From Peribolospora baueri (lineage: Eukaryota), in the NCBI GenBank assembly GCA_029717555.1, contig JAMDHS010000031.1, positions 62,001-126,000 on the forward strand: a stretch of DNA of 64,000 bases, written 5' to 3'. Positions within the stretch are counted from its first letter, which is position 1, and every line of letters starts with the position of its first letter. Below the pieces are notes generated by a model. That model had not been told where the DNA came from and made no database searches. It saw nothing but the letters and a program-made list of their open reading frames with translations. Below are positions 49,701 through 62,020 of the stretch, piece by piece. A program made the translations under genes and the position numbers.

Positions 49701-52700
49701 CATACTGCGCCTTTTCCATCCGCCATCGGCTGTGGGAAATGGATGGTGAATGACGCCGCCGAAACCGTCCGTCGTCGACATCGGCTGCGCGCCTGCATCG
49801 GACACCTCAGCGTCCTCCAACGCCTGCCTTTGCTCCTTCTCCTTCATCTTTCGCTGTACGAAACCACGATGTCCGAGAAGAGACGACAAGCCTTGAGAGA
49901 TGGACGTCGACGTGCGGTGGTGAGATCTCTTCGAAGGGGAGGGAGGAATATTCGCCACTTGCGGAGCCTGAGACTGAGCATCAGAGCGGGGAGATCGGCC
50001 ACGACCACGACGATCCGGGGAGAAATCAGAGGGCGCCAGGAGCTTTAGTTTTCCTCGTTGAGGTGACTTGGGAGGCCTGACTGGAGGCAGGCTACTCAGG
50101 GCACCGGAGGAGCCCTCATATCCGCATCCCGCCACATCTGCCCCCTGCTCCTCCGCCTGCCCGCGTCCATATCCTTCCACACGCTCGCGCCCCTCGTCGG
50201 CTTGACAGTCACGCGCAAACTCCACGTCGCGGCTAGAACCGCGGCTTGCCGCACTTCCGGCGTCGGCGCCTGGCAAGGCCCGCCCCATCCGATTCGCTCC
50301 GCTCTTGATGGTGAACCTTTTTGACTTGACCTTTTTCTTCTTGCTCGAGGCGGGCTCAGCAGGCTCAAATCCTGGGGCGATGGTAGAGGCTGTGTTGGGT
50401 CTGGATTCTGGGACGCCAGAGGCGCGACGAGCCGTCCTGGACGCGGACCGACGCGGTGGACTCTGAGCGCGACTAGCGGCCTCCGAGGAGTTGACGTACG
50501 CAGCAGAAGAAGCAGATGGCACGCCGGTAGCGGCGGCGGCAGCGACCAGCGAGTTGCGTCGATCGCGACCGTGATGACCAAACGCGACGGCCGCCGAACT
50601 CCTCAGGGCTGCCCAACCTCGCTCGAGCGGAGAGCTGCTGAGGCTGTTGGGCGTGCTCGCTGGCGCCAGGTGGTCCTGATTCGTCGCCAAGTCTTCCTTG
50701 CTCCCTGCCGCTTCCTTTCCCTCGATGGCCATGGCAACTTCGACCGGCGCGGCGCGCGCACCGCGCGCCCAAAGCATCCCCTCTATCGACGTCCTCCGCC
50801 CACCATCCTCCTCCCCGCTCGCCTCTGCGCTCGAAAAGCTGTACTTGGGCTGCGTCTCTGCGAAGGAAGAGGGGGTGGGCACGATATCGCGGGAGGCACT
50901 TCGACTGGCGTTGTTGGAGCGCCGGGAGGTGGACGAGACGGCTGTCGTAGTAGTGGAAGCGGAAAGAGGTATGAGCCGAGGGACGGGAACGCGAGTTTTG
51001 GAGGGCGAACAAGGCGGAGGGGAAGAAGATAGCATCCCGCTACTGGTCCGGCCACTGCTGCTGTTCGTCCCGATGGCGCGCTGTCGCACCGTCCGATCCG
51101 GATCCTCTTCCGCCCGGACCGAACCAGATCCAGGGACATGTCCCGACGCGGAGCGGTGCGCCAAAGTGGACGAGGAGCGGCGCCGCGAGGAAGAGGCATC
51201 CCCGCTGGCGGAGAGCGCGTCCTCGGCGGAAACTCGACCGAAGCTCTGAGCAGCGAGGGTGGAGAGCGCCCGGAGCGGGCTCGAGCTTGCCAAACCGGCA
51301 GTAGCAGCCGCCGCAGCGCTGGCGACGGATACCGACACTGAGGAGGGCGCAGCCGAGCGGTGGCGATCGAGGTCCTTGAGGTCGATTTGGACAGACAGCC
51401 GCTTCAGCGATTCCGACCGGGACACGGACGCTGTACCCATACCAACTCCCACCTGAGAGGTCGTGGATGCGGCGGCGGTGGATGTGGAGGAGACGGCGAG
51501 CAGGGGTACCCCTTGCGCGGCGACTTCCTCGTCCGGCGGCTCAGGCCCAGACTTCTTTTTCAGCTTCTTGCGCTTGCTGTTCTTCCTTGGCCTCGCCAAC
51601 GGCTGCCCGCCCACGTATTCCTGCTCATAGCCGTACGAGCGCTCCAAATCGAAATCGCCCTCGTGCTCGCCCCGCGAGCCCGGTCGAACGTCGGAGGGGC
51701 GGAATGGAGAGAGATACTCCATGCCATCGTCACCGCTGGCGAGGAAAGAAGAGACAGAGGCGCGGGAGATGGAGCCTCTCGTTGAGCTGCCTTCGCCGGG
51801 CAGGGGGGCGAAGGTGGACAGAGTGGGCGACGGAAACACTTGCGGCGTGCTCCACTCTCTTCCTCCGCCTAGCCCTCGTTCCAGAGCTCCCAGCTCATGG
51901 CGCAGTCGATACTCACTGGAGGACGGAGAAAAGGTCCGCGAATCTGGACCCGCGCCCGCCGTCGAAGCGGCGACACCAGCATGCGAAGAAATCCTCAATG
52001 TCTCTTCCTCCCCTCTACCCTCGGCGCTGCTATCGTAACTCGCGCTTCTCCGATGACGGCCGTGAACAAGAGGTTTCCGACTCGCGCCGGCGTTGACAGT
52101 GGGGTCATCATCAACGAACCCCATCTCCTTATCCCAATCCAGGTCCAGATCCATCGTAGCCTCCTCGTTCCTGTCACGTCCATCATCGCCTACCGCTTTT
52201 CCAGAGGCAACTGAGCTCACTCTCGGAGGCGAAGGCGGCGAGACTGGGGGGGCGGCCGACGAAGCGCCTCGGCTTTTAGCTTCGCTCTTGCGCTTGGAGG
52301 AGATCGGACGGGCAGAGTCGTGACGGCGTGAAGAGCGACGGTGAGCGCCAGCTACGCCGTCCACGCCTTCCGCTTCCGTCTCCGTCTCCGTCAAGTCCTC
52401 ATCCCCATCCGCCCCCACGTCGTCCCGGGCCCAGTCGGGATGGACGCCGAGATCCGAACCAAGCGTCCACTCGCGCGTGTCCTCCACGTCCTCGTACTCC
52501 GCATCGTCGAGCGACGAGGGAAACGAGTCGGTCAAGCCTGGGGTGGGAGAGCGCGAAGTGGTGAAGGACGACATGGTACCGGAGCGTCGCTGTCGGGTGC
52601 GGGGAAGGATAGCCATGGTCGAAGGTGGGGACAGCACGGAGCCTGGCTGAGCGGTGTAGAAGCTTCCCTGGCTGGACTGGTGGGCGAGGGAGCCGGTGGA

Positions 52701-53925
52701 GAGGGTAGAAGGCGGGGCAGCGATATCGGAGGGAGGAGCGTAGGCGAGCGAGCTGCTGCGCGGACTGTCGCCAGCGCTCGCCCTGAGACGGAGCGTGCCT
52801 CCCCTTCCTCCACCCATGACGCTCACGCCGCCGTGAGAAGCGAGCCAGCGGAGCGTAGCCCTCGAGTCAGCGCGCTCATGTGGGCCACCGGCGGATGAAC
52901 GACCAGACGTGAGAGTGGAGGTCGACTGGCAATGTTCCGTCGAAGGCCGCGCATCCAAGTTGCTCCCGCCGACGGGAGGCAAGGAGGACCAGTCCTCCGG
53001 GTCCTCCTCTGAGCTATCGCCCGACCCATATGCAGATCTTCGTCGGAAGCTAGGCGAAGGCGACCCTGAGCCCGCGCCTGAGGACGGAGAGCCAGCGGGA
53101 GCGGTGTGGTAGGATGATGATTGGTGCCTGCGAGATCTCCTCCGCGTCGAGTTGGCCGGAGAGCGAGAGCGGGCGACGGTATTGGACGAATGCAGGTCGT
53201 CTGTGGAGGAAACCTGAAAGAGGAAATCGTCGTCCCATGATTCCGACACCGTGGAGGCTTCGGATGGGAGGCGGGAGCAAGATAACGGAAAAGGGAGCGA
53301 TCAGTGATATGAAGAAAGGTGGTTTTGAAGCGCGCGACGCAAAAGGAAAAGGACGCTCTTACTCACACAAACGACCTGGCTTGCTCATGCCGTTGACCTC
53401 TTCCAATCCTTCCCTAGGCGTATCCAGCTCCGGTTCGTACCCCAACCCGCCAACGAGCAGCCCTAGCCCTCCCATTCGCCCTGCCACCTTTGTCAACGCG
53501 ACCTGGTCCGTACCCTCGAGCGCGCTAGTGCGCTCGCTGAGGGCGCTGACGTAGTCGCTCGCGGCAGGACTGTCAACAGCCGTTGCCGCCCTCGCTGACC
53601 GAGCGCGGGCTGAAGAAGGGGAGGGAGAGGTGCCTGAGAGATGAGCGATGTGTGGTTGGAGGTCCTTGGGCGTGCCGAAGGCGCTGACGAGCGTGCTGGG
53701 CGTGGAAACAGTAAAGTCGCCGGAGTCGTCATACGAGGCTGAGGAGGTGAAGGCGGTGGAGGAGCTTGTGGTGGCCATGGAGTTCTGAGTGGATGAGGAC
53801 ACAGTGCGCTGGTAACTTGATCCCTCCGCCTGGTCTGCAGAGTTGCCGGGCTTTGAGGGCATACGAGGCGAGGAGGAGCCGCCGAAGGCCAAGAAGGGGA
53901 AGCGGGGAGAGCGGTTGGAGGGCAT
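46741..53925 (-). CDS. Large (~2,330 aa) Ser/Ala/Arg-rich, mostly disordered protein of unknown function
   Basis: Exons 53925-53367, 53257-48851 and 48761-46741 join in frame (6,987 nt). Ordered-looking blocks: SLSDLKIPARISQAQSGIRQD..VREFA, YGPWWEMADLLVDLG, LALSPEAIPSLL. Confidence 0.8.
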
Positions 53926-55128
53926 TACGGGCAATCAGAAATCGTGGACGCAAAGACGAGACAAAACTGGGTAAACTGGGTGCGGGACGCCTGAAGGGAT
54001 ATCAATCCAAGCCGACGCTGCTGCTGAACGCCGGGAGAAGGTGAGAAGGGTAACGCAACGAGCGAGGGGTAAATGCGATATGCGAGAAAACAGAAGGGCA
54101 GCAGAGAGAGCAGAGATGGTATGAAGGCCCGGAGATGGGGCGGAAGGGCGAAGGGGTACGAGAAAGACGAGGCGAAGAAGATGGAGAGGATGATGAGCTG
54201 GACGGTGATGGAGAAAAGAGGCGTGATGAGTCGCGTTGCCGTCCGTCTGTCCGTCCACCGCTCTTTTCTATCCCGCCCTTGTCCCCGTCCGTTCTCCTGC
54301 GGTCGTCGGCGTCGTCGATGTCGCGCTGCGTATGTGGGAGGACCGAATGGGATGCGCGTCCCTGCTTGCTTGTGCGCTCGTCTAGCTCAGCTTCCGAGCG
54401 TATATCTACGTTGTCCCGTCGGTCAAGCGCGCCTTCTGGGGATGGTGGCAAAGCTGGTAGCGAGACGACCGAGCAAGCGCAGCCGACGGGGCGCGTGCAC
54501 CGTCAGCGGGAGGACGACGGCGCCGGTTGCTCGCCCTCGGGGAGCTCTCTGCTTGCTCGCGGCTCCCTCAGCGACGGCGGGGGCCGTGCAGCAAGAGAGG
54601 CATCCCCAGCCAGTGTCGGCCAAGGATCGGATTGGAGGCTGGGACGGGGCCGTTGACGAGACGAGAGATGCGCAAGTCGAGGGAGGGAGCAGCGACAGGG
54701 GACCAGCGGCCGCGGCGCTCAGCTGGTTGTATATCCACCGACACGACGGACCGCGTGGAGTTGGTAGCAACGACTTGCAACGGCGCGTGGGAGCGGCCAT
54801 AGTCAGCTGCGTGTCACGCGAATATCACGTGGCCTGTTTTTCTTTGGCACGCTGCGGCGTCGCTGGCGCACGTCGGGCAGGGGCTCGCCGTAAGGGTGCT
54901 CGGCTGGCTGCGGCAGCCTGGGCTGGCTGGCGGCTGGCGGTCGACGGTTGGCTCTGCTGGTGGCCGTCCTCGTCGTCGTCGCGCCCTTCTAATCCCGCCT
55001 CGACCACTCCTCGACCTCTCTCTCCCCCGTCCTTCCGACCGACCCTTCTCCTCCTCTCCCCTCTTTCATCCTCTCCTGCCCTCCCCACCTTCTCTTTCTT
55101 CCCCTCTCTCTCCACACTACAATCAGCC

Positions 55129-56815
55129 ATGGCTGCCAACGGCATCGGTGCGTAGCAGCCGCGCGGTGGTGGGCGGACACGGACGAGCAGAGACAGATAG
55201 ACAGACAGACCGCCGCCTCTCCACGTCCGCTTCCCTCGCTCACCTTTACTTCTTCCTTGGCCCCCGTTCCTATGTACACGCAACGACGTGCGCAGGCATC
55301 GCCAATCTGCCCAACCAGGTGAGCATGAGGACGAACGCAGACCATATCCGCCGTTGCCTTCTTCCGCCCACCTCGCTTCTCGTCTTCTCCGGCGCTCACG
55401 TCCTTCCTTACCGCTCCCTTCTCTTTCTCCAGAGGCACAAAATCGTCGCCAAGCGCGGCGGCCACTTCACTCTCATGGTGGTTGGCGAATCCGGGGTGAG
55501 TAGCCTGCGAGGCCCCACGGAGGTGTGACTCTCGTTCATCGCCATGACTTCTCTCCTTCTCCAACCTCCTCTGCCGACGTCGCCAGGTCGGCAAAACCAC
55601 GTTGGTCAACACGCTCTTCTCCACCGAGCTGGCCAACGTGAAGGACTACAAGCGCCGCCACGCCAAGCAGCTCGACAAGACGGTCGAGATCGACATCATC
55701 AAGGCCGAGCTCGAGGAGAAGCAGTTCAAGGTCAAGCTTACTGTCATCGACACGCCCGGCTTTGGCGACTATGTCAACAACCGCGACTCGTGGACGCCCA
55801 TCATCGACTTCCTTGATGATCAGCATGAGCTCTACATGCGTCAGGAGCAGCAGCCCGAGAGGCGCGACAAGACGGACCTGCGTGTGCACGCCTGTCTCTA
55901 CTTCATCAGGCCCACCGGTCACACTCTCAAGCCGCTCGACATTGAGATCATGAAGAGGCTCGGCACCCGCGTCAACCTCATCCCCGTCGTCGCCAAGGCT
56001 GACACGCTCACCCCACAGGACCTTGCCGTCTTCAAGCAGCGGATCCGCGAGGTGATCAACACCCAGGGTATCCGTGTTTACTCGCCCCCCATTGAGACCG
56101 ATGACGAGGCCAGCGCCGAGCACGCCAAGACGCTCATGGTGTGTTTGCACAACCCCCTTCTCCATTTTCGCCTTCTCTTCGTTCACACTAACCACCTGTT
56201 TCCCCTCGTCACTACCGCAGGGCGCCATGCCGTTCTCCATCATCGGCAGCACGATGGACGTGGTGACGCCCGACGGTAGGACTGTCAAGGGTAGGGAGTA
56301 CCTCTGGGGAGTAGCCGAGGTGGAGAACGAGGAGCACTGCGACTTCAAGAAGCTTCGCTCGCTCCTCATCCGCACCCACATGCTCGACCTCATCTCCACC
56401 ACCGAGGAGACGCACTACGAGAACTACCGCCAGTCCCAGATGGAGACGCGCAAGTTCGGCGAGCCCAAGGTCAAGAAGCTCGACAACCCCAAGTTCAAGG
56501 AGGAGGAGGAGGCTCTCCGTCGCAGGTTCACGGAGCAGGTCAAGTTGGAGGAGGCCAGGTTCAGGCAGTGGGAGCAGCACGTGAGTTTCGTCGATTTTCG
56601 TCTTCCACCGACCAACATCATGTGCATAACCTCCATGCTCACTCTCCACACGCCTTTTTTTTTTTTACCGGACTTGCGTTCCACACCAACAGCTCATCGC
56701 CGAGCGCGATCGCCTCAACAAGGACCTCGAAGCGGCCCACTCGGCCATCAAGTCCCTCGAGGTGGAGCTCGACAACATGCAGGCCGGCTACGGCCGCGGC
56801 ACTCAGAGGCGATGA
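55129..56815 (+). CDS. CDC12: Septin, Cdc12/AspC group
   Basis: [55 protein letters not shown]-terminal coiled coil. Confidence 0.92.
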
Positions 56816-58035
56816 ACGCCCGTGTGTGCCGACGTCCTCGGGCTGGTTGCGTTCTTCGAGCTTCTCGCGCTCCCGCTGGCAAATGTCGTCCATCTGGCCG
56901 TTCGAACGCCTCGTTCGTTCGCATCCGGAGGTCGTGTGTCTTTCCCTCTTCCTTTTTTTAGCGACTTTGCTCTCTCTCGATGTGCCTCTCCCTCGTTCGT
57001 TCGTTAAAGTTCTAGCCGTAGTCAGTCCTTCCTTCCTCTCCCTCTCGTCTTTGGGCAGCAGCTCGACGAAGTAAAGCGTATACCTCTCTCCTTCGGTCCT
57101 TCGTTTCTCCTTCCTATGTCTTCGATTCAACGGCTCGTTGAGTCTCCCTCGTCCCTCGTCAGACCATTCGGAACAGTCTGCTTTCTCTCTTTATTTCCCC
57201 TAGCTCCAGTATCCTCGTTCCGTCCGTTCGCTGAATCTTGACTCGCACCCACATAACCAAACCTAGTCGCTCCGCTTTGTCTATTCTGTTTCGTCCTGCC
57301 GGCCACTCCTCCACCGTCTTGAACGGACGTCATGTTGGATGGCTCTCGGGCTGAAGGAATTGGAATGGGACGGGAACAACATTTGGGTGACCACGCGGTG
57401 GTGGGAGACTTTGGGGTAGAGAGGGAGAGAAATCGCGCATAGCAGCGCTCAGCGCTCTGGCTTCGATCGGCGGCGGCGGCCTCGATGTGAAAGCTGTGGC
57501 GCCGCAGCGGCTGCTTATCACGTGATACTGAGATCGTTCCGCCACTAGCCAGCTCGAGTCGCCCGAGAGAAGCGGGAAGGAAACTCAACTGACACACGAC
57601 CACCCAACTTGACCTTCCACCTCGCCTTCCTTCTTCTCTCCTTCTCCCCACTTTCTCCGAAAAGACCGCTCAGAGGAGCTGATTCTGCGTCGTACCGCCC
57701 TCACTGCGCGCCACCGAACGCTTTTGCAGCCATCCTCTGCGGTGGCCCAGTCTTAGACATCTCTCGCGAGTGCCAACGCGGGACAACTCGTGGACGAGAG
57801 AACGAGTACGTGAGCAAGAACCGAGAAGGAAGAAGAAAGAAGATTGGAGAATGTCGGCTGTGCCTCCAACGCTTATCTCTATTTTGATTCATCTCATCTG
57901 ATCCGCGTACGTCAACCCGGCGTCAGAGGTTTTCCTTTTCCCGCTCGGCGGAATAGGTCGAAGGGACGCCCCGCCACGTAGAGCGAGCTCCATCGCGCGG
58001 AGCAAGACGAACGAGAAGAACGAGCGGCAGCAACC

Positions 58036-59648
58036 ATGGTGCGGAGCACGATTCTAGCTCGCGTTTCGGACGGTGAGTTGGGGCTGAGAATGAATCCCAT
58101 GCGCGCGCGAGTGGGACGGCTTTTCGTTGCGTGACGACTGGGATGGGATGGAGGACGGGAGACGGGCCGTCTAGGTACCGTGCCAGCCCCGTGGCGTGGA
58201 GGGGTTGACGACCTGAGGAGCTGTGGAATACGGCGTGGGTTATGGAACGCCGTCCAGTCTTCCGTTGGAAGGCACCCTCTTGATGAGCTATCGGTCACGA
58301 GGTCGACCCTCGCGATGTACCGCTTTGGAGCACCTTGGAGCAACGGAGAACGTCCTCTGCGACAGCTGGAGCGAACGGCAACGGTGATGCGGGAGCGGCA
58401 TTGCAGGGTTGTGTTGGAGGCCGTTACTGTTGTAGAAGATGCAGCACTACCGACTCTTTGGCTGCCTCGCCGTCCGCGCCGTGCTCGAAATGATAAGCTC
58501 ATCGCGTAATGTCTTTCTTTTTGTTTCCTTTTCTTCTTCTCCCCTCACCACTCCCTCTCACGATTATCTGGGAAATGACTCTGCCTGTCCATTTGTCATC
58601 TTCGTGACAACGTCGACGGATCTCCTTGACGCGAACGGCATACGGCATTGGAATAGGGCTACCCCTCGCGCAGTCCGTAGACGATGACCAGGTCGGTCTT
58701 GCCTTTCTCTCCTTCTGCCGTACCACGCCCAGGCCTCCACTTGCTAATCGTATCTCTCGCCATTTGACCGACACGATGGACAGACTGAAACGGACTTGTC
58801 CGAGTACAAGCAGCAAGCCAAGCTTATCTTCCGCCGCCTCAACCTGAACTCGGAGCCTCGCTGCTCCATTGAGAGCGGGTCATACACTCTGCAGTGCGCT
58901 TTTTGTCTTTTCTCGCCGGCTCACGCTATATAGCGGAAACAAAATTTAATTGTTGAATGCCCACACCTCGCCGTCTTCACTCCTTTCTCGCTCGTACAGC
59001 TACCTCATAGACGGTTCGGTTTGCTACCTCGCCATCTGCGACCGCTCCTATCCTCGCAAGCTGGCCTTCTCCTACCTCGACGAGCTGTCTAAGGAGTTTG
59101 AGAGGAGCTACGGACAGCAGATCGAGCAAAGGAACTTGAGGCCTTACGCTTTCGTCGGATTCGGTGCGTCCCATTTCTTTCCGGGGGCGTCGCGTTTGCG
59201 TTTACTTTCGCAATCCTAATAAATGTCTTACTGCCTTTTTCGATCACCCTTTAAGACACGTTCATGCAACGCACCAAGCGACTTTACCAGGACACGCGGG
59301 GCGCCTCGAGCAACCTCGACAAGCTCAACGAGGACCTGCAGGACGTGACGCGCATAATGACTAAGAACATGGAGGATCTGCTGTGGAGGGGAGATTCTCT
59401 GGATCGTGAGTTGGCGTTCGTTCGTCGTCCCGGATACAGACATGCGACCTGACCTGACGATCGCCTCTGGCCTCCTTTTCGCGCGACGCCTAGGTATGTC
59501 CTCCATGTCCTCCTCGCTGCGCGACGAGAGCATGAAGTACAGGAGGGCGGCGCGCGACATCAACATTGCGGCGATGTACCGCAAGTGGGCACCCGTCGGC
59601 GGCATCGTGCTCTTCCTGATCATCGTCATCTGGTGGAGATTCTTTTGA
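58036..59648 (+). CDS. SEC22: R-SNARE Sec22 (longin domain, SNARE motif, TM segment)
   Basis: MVRSTILARVSD|GLPLAQSVDD, YKQQAKLIFRRL, SYPRKLAFSYLDEL, RPYAFVGFD, DVTRIMTKNMEDLLWRGDSLD, terminal TM segment. Confidence 0.95.
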
Positions 59649-60585
59649 ACGTACGGTACGGTCGCGCAAGGGCGCGGCGAGAAGAAGGCCCAAGTTGTGG
59701 AGGCGTCAGTGGTGTCGCGTAGAGGGAAGCAAGCGGTGGGTGACGACGGCGAGGACAAGTTGAACGCCAGGCACGCTGGTGGGCACTTGTCTGCAGCGGC
59801 TCTTTCATTTTCTACGATACGGTTTTCGTCTTGTATTGCCTTCTCTTAATTTCTTCCATTGCAGAGAATACCGTCCTGCAAATACCGTTATTCCGCACTG
59901 CACGCTCGTCGGTGAGAGTCCGGACTTGCGACAGGACTACATGAAAACATACATGGGGAAAGAAACGCACGGACAGTCGCTCGCGGATCCCGCTATTATG
60001 GACTGGACGTTGGAAACGCGATCTAGGAGGCACGGAATGGCATAAATGAGCCAAGCTTCACCCCATTGAGGGAAATCTGGCAAACAAGTGGCCTGCATCG
60101 GTCGACCGAATGTGGTGTTGCGCTGTCTCCAGGGAACGCTGACGACGGTCGGCAGTGGCGTAGGCCTTCTCCAACAGGCGGTGGCTACAGATTGCGCGCT
60201 GACCGCACGGGGGGGTGACTTGCAGAACGCCCGCTGCCGGGTGGAGCGAGGTACAACGTTGAATCCGTCCTCAGCTTTGCGATAGCCACATGAGACAATC
60301 TCTCGCCCCAATAGCGTCGCTCACTCCGCCTCACGAAACAGTCTCCCCCTCTCTAATTTTTCTCTGTGCATACTTGGCATCCCCGTCGTTCCGTTTGCGA
60401 TAGCTTCGAGAGCTCTTCGCCGAACGGCAGCGAGTTGGTAAGAGTGATCACGTGATGTCATTTCGAGGTCGCGTCCCGATCGTTTCGCCGACGATCAGGT
60501 GCACCTGCACCTGGCTCTTGTCGAACAATTTCTGAACTCGACCGACTCCACTCCACCCGGAGCGTCCGCCTGTCTGCCGCTCGCG

Positions 60586-61663
60586 ATGGACCAGCTTCCG
60601 CCTCCACCGCGTGTTGTCGTGGGCAAAGCCAGTCCCGCCGGCGCCGGCATGGGATTCAACTGTGCCGGGTGCGGCAAGTTTATCGCCGGCAGGACGGTGA
60701 ACGCGATGGGTATCAAATGGCATCCCGATTGCTTCAAGTGAGTGGACAAGCCGTGGAAATCGCTTTGCGTCCTTGGCCAGCGGGGCCGCACGTCAGTCAT
60801 GTCGAGCGAGGCTTACGCCGTGTTTGTTCGTGCTTGGTCTCTCTCGCCGTCGGTGCCGTCTCGGTTGGACAGATGCGATCATTGCGGAGAGCACCTCGAG
60901 CACGTCGCTTTCTACGAGCACGACGGAAAGGCGTACTGTCATTTTGACTATCACGAGGTGAGAGGGCCGGTTTGTTTCGCGACGGCGGGGTCATCCTCTG
61001 ACGCCTTCGGCTTCGTCGTCTCAGCTCTTCTCTCTACGCTGCTTCCATTGCAAGACGCCAATCGTCGACGAGCGGTTCATCGAGATCGACGATCCCGAGC
61101 TCGGCAAGCGCACCTACCACGATCTCCACTTCTTCTGCGCCAACTGCGGAGATCCCTTCCTCGACCCTTCCTCCCCCACCGCCACGCACCTTCCTCCGCA
61201 CCTCCGACAAGAGTCCGGCGGCGGCGGCGGCGGCGGCGGAGACGAACGAGGAGGGGCACCGGAGGGGAAGAGCAAGGAATTTGTCGTCGTTCGTGGACAC
61301 CCTTACTGTGAAGCCTGTCACGTCCGACTCCACAAGCCCAAGTGCTGGGGATGCAAAAAGCCAGTGGCGGAGGAGGTTGTCAAGGCGCTCAACAAGAGCT
61401 GGCACCCGGAGTGCTTCGTCTGCGAGGTGAGTGTGCGGCCTGCCTGCCGTATCGGTTGGGAAGGACGCCTGGCCGGTCGAGAGAGAGAGATATCAGCGTC
61501 CTGTCCTGACCGTTGCCGATTCTCGCCTTTCGGATGCGCCTGGGCACGCCTCGACATACAATAGAGCTGCAAGCGACCATTCGAGACCGAGTCGTTTTTC
61601 GTACGCCAGAACAAACCGTACTGTCAACATTGTTTCGAGATGTTGCTTCGCAACGAGGTGTGA
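60586..61663 (+). CDS. Three-LIM-domain (paxillin/Pxl1-like) protein
   Basis: CAGCGK...WHPDCFKCDHC...YCHFDY; CFHC...HDLHFFCANC...YCEACH; CWGC...WHPECFVCESC...YCQHC. The start is uncertain. Confidence 0.88.
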
Positions 61664-61995
61664 CGGATTTACTCCGCTTCGTCGGTTGTCGCTGTCCTGT
61701 AGAAGGACGTGAAAGCGCTCGCGACCCGCGGCCGCGCGTTCGTCGCGAGCGCTGGATGTATTTCTAGTCCATGTTCTTTTGCGGGGGAAAAGGAAAAGAC
61801 GGACAGATAGCGTTTCACGGGTTCGCTGGCGAACGAGTGCATACGCGGCTGGCGCGGGGTTCGTCCATTCCTTTGTGGAACGAACGCCGTCAACTCGACG
61901 GCTTTGGTGGTACATTGCGTTTAGTGTACAGCATCTACAAAGTACGGCGAGGGGATGTCGGACAGCGTGGACGACGGGTAGGGAAGCGATTTTCC

Positions 61996-62016
61996 TTTTT
62001 TTTTTTTTTTTTTTTT
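61996..62016. repeat. Poly(T) run of 21 nt
   Basis: Seen directly; lies just downstream of the minus-strand stop at 62021. Confidence 0.95.
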
Positions 62017-62020
62017 GTTC

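Noticed and set aside
54073..55155. 360-aa ORF upstream of the septin
   Set aside because: Low-complexity translation of divergent promoter and 5'-UTR pyrimidine/purine tracts.
59779..60311. Short ORFs between SEC22 and the LIM gene
   Set aside because: No domain signal, and no splice path linking them in frame to the LIM exons.
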